A DNA stretch of 64,000 nucleotides, from contig OZ242187.1 in assembly GCA_965205465.1 (NCBI GenBank), positions 1,164,577 to 1,228,576 of the forward strand, read 5' to 3'. Below the pieces are notes generated by a model, which had not been told where the DNA came from, searched no databases, and worked only from the letters and a program-made list of their open reading frames with translations. Positions 56,446 through 64,000 of the stretch are shown here, in pieces. This DNA comes from Candidatus Aldehydirespiratoraceae bacterium. GTDB lineage: Bacteria; Actinomycetota; Acidimicrobiia; Acidimicrobiales; Aldehydirespiratoraceae. Position numbers and translations under genes: made by a program. Every line of letters starts with the position of its first letter. The stretch's first letter is position 1.

Positions 56446-58305
56446 GTGAAACAAAGCCGGGACGACATTCGAAACATCGCCATGATCGCCCATGTCGACC
56501 ACGGGAAGACGACCCTCGTTGATGCGTTGCTGCGACAGACAGGGGCCTTTCGTGAAGGTGCCGCTTTAACAGACCGAGTGATGGACTCGATGGATCTGGA
56601 GCGGGAAAAGGGCATCACGATCATGGCCAAGAACACCGCCATTCGTTATGGGGGAGTCAAGATCAATATTGTCGACACTCCCGGCCATGCCGACTTTGGG
56701 GGCGAGGTCGAACGAGCACTCACCATGGTCGACGGCGTGGTGCTGCTCGTGGATGCGTCGGAGGGACCGCTGCCGCAAACCCGCTTCGTGTTGCGCAAGG
56801 CTTTGGAACTGCGGTTGTCGGTCGTCTTGGTGATCAACAAAATCGACCGTCCCGATGCCCGCATCTCAGCGGTGCTCGACGAGACGTACGAACTCTTTTT
56901 GGATCTCGACGCCGACGAGGAGCAGATTGAGTTCCCGATCGTCTACACCATTGCCCGACATGGCTTAGCCACCCTTGATCCCGATGTGGCTGCTACAGAC
57001 CTTCAGCCGTTGTTCGAGGCGTTACTCAACACCGTTCCGGCACCTGTACACGATCCGGACCATCCCATGCGGGCTTGGGTCACCAACCTCGACAGTTCTC
57101 CCTATGTTGGGCGCATCGCCTTATGCCGGGTCGAACACGGCACCATACGCAGAGGGCAGACGGTTGCCTGGTGCAGAGCCGACGGCACCATAGCAGCAGG
57201 CCGTGTAGGCACCCTGACGGTCACCGAAGCGCTGGAACGTGTTGATGTTGACGAGGCCGGGCCGGGGGAGCTCATCGGAGTATCAGGAATCGACGAGGTC
57301 ACCATCGGTGAGACGCTGGCCGACGCCGACGACCCCCGCCCGTTCCCGGCCATCACCGTTGACGAACCCTCGCTAGCGATGACGATTGGGGTCAACAACT
57401 CACCGCTGGCCGGTCGTGACGGCTCTAATCTGACCGCTCGGCTGATAAAGGCCCGGCTTGACCAAGAGCTGATCGGCAACGTGTCCATCCGGGTGTTCTC
57501 CACTGATCGCCCCGATACCTGGGAAGTCCAGGGCCGGGGAGAACTGCAACTGGCGGTGCTGGTCGAAACCATGAGGCGCGAGGGGTTTGAACTCACCGTC
57601 GGCAAACCCGAAGTGCTCACCCGAGAGGTCGACGGCCAGCGCCACGAACCCACCGAACGGCTCACCATCGATGTGCCCGAGGAACACACCGGCGCGGTCA
57701 CGCAACTGCTAGGCGGGCGAAAAGCTCGCTTACAGGACATGACCAACCATGGGACCGGATGGGTTCGGCTCGAATATGTGGTGCCTGCTCGGGCGCTGAT
57801 TGGTTTCCGCACGGAGTTCCTCACCCAGACGCGCGGCACCGGGCTGCTTCACCATGTGTTCGAGGGATGGACGCCATGGGCCGGAGATTTGGGAATGCGC
57901 CCCCGTGGCGCCGTTGTCGCCGACCGCAGCGGCGACACCACCGCATATGCGATCGCGGCTCTGCAGGAACGCTCAGCGCTCTATGTCGCCCCCGGGGTAA
58001 ACGTCTATGAAGGGATGATCGTCGGTGAAAACAGCCGCGGCCAGGACATGGACGTCAACGTGTGCCGCGAGAAGAAGCAAACCAACATCCGCACCCAATC
58101 AAGTGATGACACCGTGCGTCTTACCCCGCCCCGCCTGTTTTCGCTGGAGCAGGCGCTTGAAACCGTGACCAGTGATGAGTGCGTTGAGGTCACCCCGGCA
58201 GCGATCAGAATGCGCAAGATCATCCTCGATAATGGCGAACGGGCACGAACGCTCAAACGCCTCAAAGCACCACCCGAAGCCAATGTGCGTGCGTCGCACG
58301 GGTAG
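56446..58305 (+). CDS. typA: Translational GTPase TypA/BipA
   Basis: [33 protein letters not shown] and NKIDR G-motifs, with EF-G-like domain order. Confidence 0.95.
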   Translation: MKQSRDDIRNIAMIAHVDHGKTTLVDALLRQTGAFREGAALTDRVMDSMDLEREKGITIMAKNTAIRYGGVKINIVDTPGHADFGGEVERALTMVDGVVLLVDASEGPLPQTRFVLRKALELRLSVVLVINKIDRPDARISAVLDETYELFLDLDADEEQIEFPIVYTIARHGLATLDPDVAATDLQPLFEALLNTVPAPVHDPDHPMRAWVTNLDSSPYVGRIALCRVEHGTIRRGQTVAWCRADGTIAAGRVGTLTVTEALERVDVDEAGPGELIGVSGIDEVTIGETLADADDPRPFPAITVDEPSLAMTIGVNNSPLAGRDGSNLTARLIKARLDQELIGNVSIRVFSTDRPDTWEVQGRGELQLAVLVETMRREGFELTVGKPEVLTREVDGQRHEPTERLTIDVPEEHTGAVTQLLGGRKARLQDMTNHGTGWVRLEYVVPARALIGFRTEFLTQTRGTGLLHHVFEGWTPWAGDLGMRPRGAVVADRSGDTTAYAIAALQERSALYVAPGVNVYEGMIVGENSRGQDMDVNVCREKKQTNIRTQSSDDTVRLTPPRLFSLEQALETVTSDECVEVTPAAIRMRKIILDNGERARTLKRLKAPPEANVRASHG

Positions 58306-58381
58306 GTGTTTCAAGGAGTTGTTGAGGTTTGACTGCTGACGTTTCGGTTCACCTGCCAACTCAATATGGGACCAGCGTTTG

Positions 58382-59029
58382 TTACCACCCGCTGCGAATC
58401 AGGCTGTAGACGTTGGCGAAACTCTCAACGATCTCGGGTGGCAACGGCACCACCCCACCCAAAGCCTCCGCACCGTGCGCCACCCGGGCCGTGTGTTCCA
58501 CCACCTCTGCGGTGTGCAAGGCATCTGCTGGCGAACGCCCCACGCAGAGCAGGCCGTGGTTGGCCATCAGCACCGCGCCTCGGTCAGCGAGGTGGCGGAC
58601 CACTTCGACAGCCAGCTCATCGCTGCCGGTCATGCGATACTCCGAGACCGCTATATCGCCACCTAGATAGACAATCCCTTCTTCTATGCATACCGGGATC
58701 GGCTTGCGGGCCAAGGCGAACATCGAGCCGTAACGAGGGTGACAGTGAACCACTCCGCCGACCTCCGAAAATGCGTTGTAACAGGCTAGATGCATTGCTT
58801 TCTCGGTCGATGGGCGGGCTGAGTCCGAAACCGTTTCACCGTCAAGGTCCATGACCGCAAGGTTGTCAACAGCAATGTCGGCGTAAGGCACCGACGACGG
58901 TGTCATCACGATTGAACCGTCGGCTCGTCGACCAGACACATTTCCCGCCGTGCCGACGACAAGATCAATGTCGTACATGCGGCTAGCGGTGTCGACCACC
59001 GCTTGGCGCACGTCGGGATTGTCGCTCAC
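58382..59029 (-). CDS. Class II aldolase/adducin family protein (fuculose-phosphate aldolase-like)
   Basis: GTAGNVSGR motif and an HCHP...H zinc-ligand pattern. GTGA overlap with the upstream dehydrogenase. Confidence 0.83.
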   Translation of the reverse strand: MSDNPDVRQAVVDTASRMYDIDLVVGTAGNVSGRRADGSIVMTPSSVPYADIAVDNLAVMDLDGETVSDSARPSTEKAMHLACYNAFSEVGGVVHCHPRYGSMFALARKPIPVCIEEGIVYLGGDIAVSEYRMTGSDELAVEVVRHLADRGAVLMANHGLLCVGRSPADALHTAEVVEHTARVAHGAEALGGVVPLPPEIVESFANVYSLIRSGW

Positions 59030-59997
59030 GGCAACACCTCCGGGTTGACGCAGTTCACAGGATGTTCGTTGGCCAGGATCGCCTTCACGTCCGCCACGAT
59101 CATCTCGGTCTGGCGTATCTCCACATCGTAGGTTGCACCGCCGATATGAGGGGTGAGCACCACATTGTCCATTTTCAGTAGCGGGTGCTCGACGGGAAGC
59201 GATTCGCCGTCAACATGGTCGAGGGCCGCGCCACCAAGTTGACCACTCTCAAGCGCACAGATCAGCGCATCAACATCATGGAGTCCCGCTCTCGCTGAGT
59301 TGACGTAGAGAGCCTTGGGTTTCATCTGCGAGAACTCAGAAGCGTTCATCATCTGATGGGTGTCGGGAGTGACGACAGCGTGCATCGAAACAACATCGGC
59401 TTCGGCTAGCAAGTCATCAAGTTCATGGGTGGCGTCGGGCACGAATGGATCATGGCTGATAACAGTCATTCCGAGGCCTTCCAGTCTCCATTTTGTTGCT
59501 CTGCCCACGGCACCGAGCCCCACCAGTCCGGCCGTGCGGCCTGCCAGCTGCCAGGTTCTGTATCGCTGGTATGGCAACGTCTGTCCAAAAACCGTGCCGT
59601 TCACCATGTCACGGTGCCCCGCAATGACACTGCGCGAAAGAGCCATCAGCAGCGCAACCGTCATCTCCGCCACTGCATCGGAGTTGCGCCCCGGGGTGCA
59701 GACAACCGGAATTCCGGCCGCTGTAGCACCTGCTACATCGACGTTTGCGGGAGCGCCTCGCGTCGTTCCGATCATCTTCAACGGAAGATCAAATACCGCG
59801 CCGGAACAGAAATCCGCCTCGCAAATCAATATCTCAGCACCGAGTTCTTGGAGCTTCGCGGCCAGATCATCAGGGCCGTAGAGCCTGATCGGGGTGTATT
59901 CGAGCCAAGGATCGAAGATGACTTCGGCAAGGTCATGGAGCTCGTCGAGCGCCGGGCCGCGAAGCGGTGCCGTGACGAACGCACGGGGTCGAGACAT
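59026..59997 (-). CDS. D-isomer-specific 2-hydroxyacid dehydrogenase (phosphoglycerate dehydrogenase-like)
   Basis: NAD motif GLVGLGAVGRATKWRLEGLGM and a catalytic R...E...H pattern (NSARAG, TPHIGG). Internal ATG at 59997. Confidence 0.85.
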   Translation of the reverse strand: MSRPRAFVTAPLRGPALDELHDLAEVIFDPWLEYTPIRLYGPDDLAAKLQELGAEILICEADFCSGAVFDLPLKMIGTTRGAPANVDVAGATAAGIPVVCTPGRNSDAVAEMTVALLMALSRSVIAGHRDMVNGTVFGQTLPYQRYRTWQLAGRTAGLVGLGAVGRATKWRLEGLGMTVISHDPFVPDATHELDDLLAEADVVSMHAVVTPDTHQMMNASEFSQMKPKALYVNSARAGLHDVDALICALESGQLGGAALDHVDGESLPVEHPLLKMDNVVLTPHIGGATYDVEIRQTEMIVADVKAILANEHPVNCVNPEVLP

Positions 59998-60022
59998 GGC
60001 CCCCACGTTAGAGGGTCGAGAC

Positions 60023-60073
60023 ACACTCGTGGGCCTAGCGGCCTGTGAGCGCAGCGAACAAGAGCGGCAAGAA
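60023..60073. repeat. ~50-nt conserved element, copy 1 (acactcgtgggcctagcggcctgtgagcgcagcgaacaagagcggcaagaaa)
   Basis: The 46-bp core 60025-60070 matches 62692-62737 with 3 mismatches. It contains the hairpin GGGCC-tagc-GGCC(C/T). Confidence 0.85.
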
Positions 60074-60123
60074 ATTGCTACCCGATCCGATTCTCGAACT
60101 CCAAACTCGTATATGCTCCGCCG

Positions 60124-62634
60124 GTGCGCCCTCGGCACAGTTCCCTAGATGTGCGTGCCACGACTAAGGCATCCGCCGATTGGGCGACCGTCGTGGCTAC
60201 TCTTGCGGTGATAATTCTCGGATTTTCCAGTTCGGCATCCGCGCAGATCTCCCCGGAGGTGACCATCCTGGATCCCAACCTCCGGGCTGCCATCGAACTG
60301 GAGTTGGGAAAGACCTCAGACGAAGTCATCACCCGGGCCGACATGGGGACCCTGGCCACCCTGACAGCAGAAGATTCGGGCATTAGAGACACAACCGGAT
60401 TGGAATACGCCACCAATCTCAACAGCCTCAATCTGGGCTTCAACCAGCTCTCGGAAATCGACGTCACCCCATTTGTCAACCTCACCACCCTGAAACTTGG
60501 CGACAACCAACTCTCGGAAATCGACGTCACCCCCCTCACCGACCTGACCACCCTCTGGCTTCACCACAACCAAATCTCAGAAATGGACGTCACCCCCCTC
60601 GTTGACCTCACAGCCCTCTGGACCTACGACAACCAGCTCTCGGAAATCGACGTCACCCCCCTCGTCAACCTCACCGATTTATGGATGAGCGACAACCAAC
60701 TCTCCGCGATCAACGTCGCCCCCCTAACCCAACTCGAACGACTCTGGATCTATGACAATCAGCTCACCGAAATCGACGTCTCCGCGCTCACCAACCTCAC
60801 AAGCGTCAACCTCAGTGGCAACCAACTCTCCGCGATCAACGTCGCCCCCCTAACCCAACTCACCACCCTGAGCTTGAGCGGCAACCAACTCTCCGCGATC
60901 AACGTCGCCCCCCTGACCCAACTCACCGAACTATTGATGACCGGCAACCAACTCTCCGCGATCGACGTCGCCCCCCTAACCCAACTCGAACGACTCTGGA
61001 TCTATGACAATCAGCTCACCGAAATCGAAGTCTCCGCGCTCACCAACCTCACAAGCGTCAACCTCAGCGACAACCAACTCTCCGCGATCGACGTCGCCCC
61101 CCTAACCCAACTCGAACGACTCTCGGTCGACCACAACCAGCTTTCCACGATCGACGTCGCCCCCCTAACCCAACTCACCACCCTGAACTTGAGCGGCAAC
61201 CAACTCTCCGCGATCGACGTCGCCCCCCTAACCCAACTCGAACGACTCTCGGTCAACCACAACCAGCTTTCCACGATCGACGTCGCCCCCCTAACCCAAC
61301 TCACCACCCTGAGCTTGAGCGGCAACCAACTCTCCGCGATCGACGTCGCCCCCCTAACCCAACTCACCGCCCTGGACTTGAGCGGCAACCAACTCTCCGC
61401 GATCGCCGTCGCCCCCCTAACCCAACTCGAACGACTCTGGGTCGACCACAACCAGCTTTCCACGATAGATGTCGCCCCCCTAACCCAACTCACACACCTC
61501 GATGTCTCGTTCAACCGCATCACTGACATTGGCTCGCTGAAAGGACTGACTGGTCTGACAAACTTGACAACATTGGGCCTCACTTGCAACCAAATCACCG
61601 ACTTCGCCCCTCTAGCCGCCCAAGAACAAGCTGGATTGACGGTTCACGGCAAAGACGATCAGAGTGGCACCGGCGACAGCGCCTCCCCCAACTGCCCAGA
61701 AATCGCGGGGGAAGACAATGACTCCGACACGCCGCCGCCACAGCCACGGCCGAAATTCACACAACCAGCCAACACACAACCAGCCAACACAAAACCAGCC
61801 AACACAAAACCAGCCAACACAAAACCAGCCAACACAAAACCAGCCAACACAAAACCAGCCAACACAAAACCGGAAGACACCGAAGAAGCAGAGCCGGAAG
61901 ACACCGAAGAAGCAGAGCCGGAAGACACCGAAGAAGCAGAGCCGGAAGACACCGAAGAAGCAGAGCCGGAAGACACCGAAGAAGCAGAGCCGGAAGACAC
62001 CGAAGAAGCAGAGCCGGACAGGCCCGTCCGGGTCGCCGCCTGCGACCTCGACCCCAGCAGTTCCACACAACCCTTCAGCGACGTCTCCGATAGCTCATTC
62101 GCATTCAACGATGTGGGTTGTCTAGTTGCGTTGGAAGTAACCAAAGGCACCAGTGAAACCACCTACTCACCCGGCCAAGCCGTCACCCGCGAACAAATGG
62201 CAGCATTCATCGCCCGCCTCTACAAAGCCATCACCAAAGAACCCGCTCCGCTATCAGAGACACCGTTCACCGACGTGGCACCCACCTCGTTCGCCTATGA
62301 CGACATCGGTCGTATTTTCGGACTCGGCATCACCAAAGGCACCAGTGAAACCACCTACTCACCCCAACAAACCGTCACCCGCGAACAAATGGCAGCATTC
62401 ATCGCCCGCCTCTACAAAGCCATCACCAAAGAACCCGCTCCGCTATCAGAGACACCGTTCACCGACGTGGCACCCACCTCGTTCGCCTATGACGACATCA
62501 GTCGTGTATTCGGACTCGGCATCACCAAAGGCACCAGTGAAACCACCTACTCACCCCAACAAACCGTCACCCGCGAACAAATGGCAGCATTCATCGCCCG
62601 CCTCTACCGAACGCTGACCAGCCCGAGCACCTGA
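60124..62634 (+). CDS. Secreted internalin-like leucine-rich-repeat protein with PANTK/PEDTEEAE repeat linkers and 3 C-terminal SLH repeats
   Basis: Signal peptide (...FSSSASA). About 20 LRRs of 22-23 aa (L..L.LS.NQLS.IDV.PLTQ). Three SLH-like units (F.DV....FA..D......G.TKGTSETTYSP...VTREQMAAFIARLY). Confidence 0.85.
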   Translation: MRPRHSSLDVRATTKASADWATVVATLAVIILGFSSSASAQISPEVTILDPNLRAAIELELGKTSDEVITRADMGTLATLTAEDSGIRDTTGLEYATNLNSLNLGFNQLSEIDVTPFVNLTTLKLGDNQLSEIDVTPLTDLTTLWLHHNQISEMDVTPLVDLTALWTYDNQLSEIDVTPLVNLTDLWMSDNQLSAINVAPLTQLERLWIYDNQLTEIDVSALTNLTSVNLSGNQLSAINVAPLTQLTTLSLSGNQLSAINVAPLTQLTELLMTGNQLSAIDVAPLTQLERLWIYDNQLTEIEVSALTNLTSVNLSDNQLSAIDVAPLTQLERLSVDHNQLSTIDVAPLTQLTTLNLSGNQLSAIDVAPLTQLERLSVNHNQLSTIDVAPLTQLTTLSLSGNQLSAIDVAPLTQLTALDLSGNQLSAIAVAPLTQLERLWVDHNQLSTIDVAPLTQLTHLDVSFNRITDIGSLKGLTGLTNLTTLGLTCNQITDFAPLAAQEQAGLTVHGKDDQSGTGDSASPNCPEIAGEDNDSDTPPPQPRPKFTQPANTQPANTKPANTKPANTKPANTKPANTKPANTKPEDTEEAEPEDTEEAEPEDTEEAEPEDTEEAEPEDTEEAEPEDTEEAEPDRPVRVAACDLDPSSSTQPFSDVSDSSFAFNDVGCLVALEVTKGTSETTYSPGQAVTREQMAAFIARLYKAITKEPAPLSETPFTDVAPTSFAYDDIGRIFGLGITKGTSETTYSPQQTVTREQMAAFIARLYKAITKEPAPLSETPFTDVAPTSFAYDDISRVFGLGITKGTSETTYSPQQTVTREQMAAFIARLYRTLTSPST
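61759..61863 (+). repeat. 15-bp in-frame tandem repeat x7 (T[Q/K]PAN)
   Basis: acaMaaccagccaac units counted directly. Confidence 0.9.
61870..62013 (+). repeat. 24-bp perfect in-frame tandem repeat x6 (PEDTEEAE)
   Basis: ccggaagacaccgaagaagcagag x6, read directly. Confidence 0.95.
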
Positions 62635-62689
62635 CTCGCCGATCAGCAACGCAGTCAACTATGACTAGCAACATGAGCGCTGCCAAAAC

Positions 62690-62740
62690 AGACTCGTGGG
62701 CCTAGCGGCCCGTGAGCGCAGCGAGCAAGAGAGGCAAGCA
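62690..62740. repeat. ~50-nt conserved element, copy 2
   Basis: See 60023-60073. It lies about 30 nt upstream of the FGGY-kinase RBS. Confidence 0.85.
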
Positions 62741-62769
62741 ACGTCTATGGTCAGCCGGAGGAAGTACTT

Positions 62770-64000
62770 GTGGCGCAGGTGACCGTGGGAATCGACATCG
62801 GGACCACTTCGGTCAAGGCCGTGGCCGCGGATGCCGACGGCGAAATCGTTGCTCGTGCGCGGATCGGTCATCGTTTGATCGCTGCAAGGTCCGACCGCTT
62901 TGAACATGACCCGAGATCTGCGTGGATCGATGGGGTTGTAGCCGCCTGGAACGCGGTGAGTGCGAGCCACGAAGTAGCAGGGGTCTGCGTCTCGGCGATG
63001 GTTCCGTCACTGTGCGGTGTCAACAATCGTGGCGAACCGGTAACGGCCGGCCTTCTTTATGGTGATGCCCGAGGCCGTTACAGCACGCCCGGCGCAACGC
63101 GCGGGGTGATCGAGGTGCCGACGACCGGTCTCGGCGAAGTCGCCGGTTTTGCTGCTTGGATCGCCGCTCAACCCGAAGTCGCCGCGCTGTGGCCTGCACA
63201 GGCAGTTGCCAATCATGCTTTATGTGGGGTGGGTGCCATCGACACAGCTACCGCTATGACGATGACGCCACTGTTCGGCCTAACAGGCTGGGACGCCGAG
63301 GTGCTCGAGATGCTCGGCGTCAAGCCCAGCCAGCTTCCGTTGACATGCCCAGGGCAAACCCCGATACCGCGCAACACCTCTCGAAGGACAACTTCGATCA
63401 TCGGAGCGACCACGGCTATCTCGGGTGGCACGATTGATGCGTTGGCCGAACAGACCGTGGCCGACGCTCACGCCATCGGTGATGTGCTGGTGGTCTGTGG
63501 CACCACCTTGATCATCTGGGGTCTTACCGACGAATGGCGCGAAGTTGAGGGGTTGTGGACCATCCCTTACGCGGTTGACAACAGGATCGCAATTGGTGGT
63601 GCCAGCAACGCAGGCGGCCTCTTCATCGACCGCGTGCGTTCAATGGTCGGCGATGTCAACGAAGCCGATCTGCTCGAGGCGAGCGCTGCAAGCCTGCCCG
63701 TTTGGGTTCCGTATCTGCGGGGTGAGAGGACCCCCTGGCACGACCCGGGGCGCCGAGCAGAACTGCTCGGATTAGGACTCAACCACGGGCCCGTCGAGAT
63801 AACCGCGGCCGCTTACGAAGCTGCTGGATTTGTTGTTCGGCATCACCTTGATCTCGCCAACATTTCTCCGCGGAGGATCGTGGCTGCCGGGGGCGGGGTC
63901 CAGAGCGACGCCTGGATGCAAGCCTTGGCCGACTGCACCAATCTTGGAGTCGATGTGTCTGTTCATCCCGAGGGTGCAGCTCTCGGGGCCGCTTACGCCT
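62770..64000 (+). CDS. FGGY-family carbohydrate kinase (xylulokinase/gluconokinase-like), 3'-partial at window edge
   Basis: Absent from the supplied ORF track because there is no stop before the window end. My own translation gives V-A-Q-VTVGIDIGTTSVKAVAADADGEIV...GGASNAGG...PYLRGERTPWHD...AAGGGVQSDAWMQ. A GGAGGA RBS sits 8 nt before the GTG at 62770. Confidence 0.85.
   Translation, partial: MAQVTVGIDIGTTSVKAVAADADGEIVARARIGHRLIAARSDRFEHDPRSAWIDGVVAAWNAVSASHEVAGVCVSAMVPSLCGVNNRGEPVTAGLLYGDARGRYSTPGATRGVIEVPTTGLGEVAGFAAWIAAQPEVAALWPAQAVANHALCGVGAIDTATAMTMTPLFGLTGWDAEVLEMLGVKPSQLPLTCPGQTPIPRNTSRRTTSIIGATTAISGGTIDALAEQTVADAHAIGDVLVVCGTTLIIWGLTDEWREVEGLWTIPYAVDNRIAIGGASNAGGLFIDRVRSMVGDVNEADLLEASAASLPVWVPYLRGERTPWHDPGRRAELLGLGLNHGPVEITAAAYEAAGFVVRHHLDLANISPRRIVAAGGGVQSDAWMQALADCTNLGVDVSVHPEGAALGAAYA

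Noticed and set aside
60400-61600. Regularly spaced ~66-69-bp repeats that look superficially like a CRISPR array
   Set aside because: The repeats are in frame within one long ORF and encode LRR units. There are no unique spacers or leader, and no cas genes in the window.

Overview
A 64-kb, high-GC, gene-dense chromosomal segment of actinobacterial type. The lineage is unverified; the many SLH-anchored surface proteins would fit an Acidimicrobiia-like organism. About 50 protein genes are supportable. I found no rRNA, tRNA or CRISPR array.

Core genes:
- the 3' end of ileS
- a translationally coupled nrdA-nrdB pair
- a mutA / mutB / meaB / citrate-synthase-like / CYP125-like P450 gene string on the minus strand
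- typA

Much of the rest is a lipid/steroid-style catabolic repertoire: 3 cytochrome P450s, 2 nitronate monooxygenases, 3 luciferase-like monooxygenases, several SDRs, 2 amidohydrolase-2 genes, a thiolase and a family-III CoA-transferase. It also includes a LIV-type ABC transporter and an ERG6-like sterol C-24 methyltransferase homologue.

Four secreted proteins carry SLH wall-anchoring repeats: two TolB-like beta-propeller paralogues, an S41 peptidase with a 1-nt frameshift in its last SLH repeat, and an internalin-like LRR protein. They have perfect in-frame tandem-repeat linkers.

Two accessory insertions stand out:
1. 40241-44063 is a tightly coupled three-gene cassette. It encodes an SF1 UvrD-like helicase, a DarT-like (DUF4433-like) ADP-ribosyltransferase, and an ARH-family ADP-ribosylglycohydrolase with a long C-terminal extension. 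It has no macrodomain. I consider it the best candidate for an undescribed toxin-antitoxin/defence system.
2. 36087-37747 is a DUF222/HNH (REP13E12-type) gene with an AT-rich 5' end, bracketed by a perfect 46-bp direct repeat.

Other notable items are a G-rich 12/36-bp minisatellite that exactly fills a convergent intergenic gap, a decayed region containing two gene remnants, and a ~50-nt conserved element flanking the LRR gene.

All functional calls rest on motif recognition by eye. No database search or computation was run.
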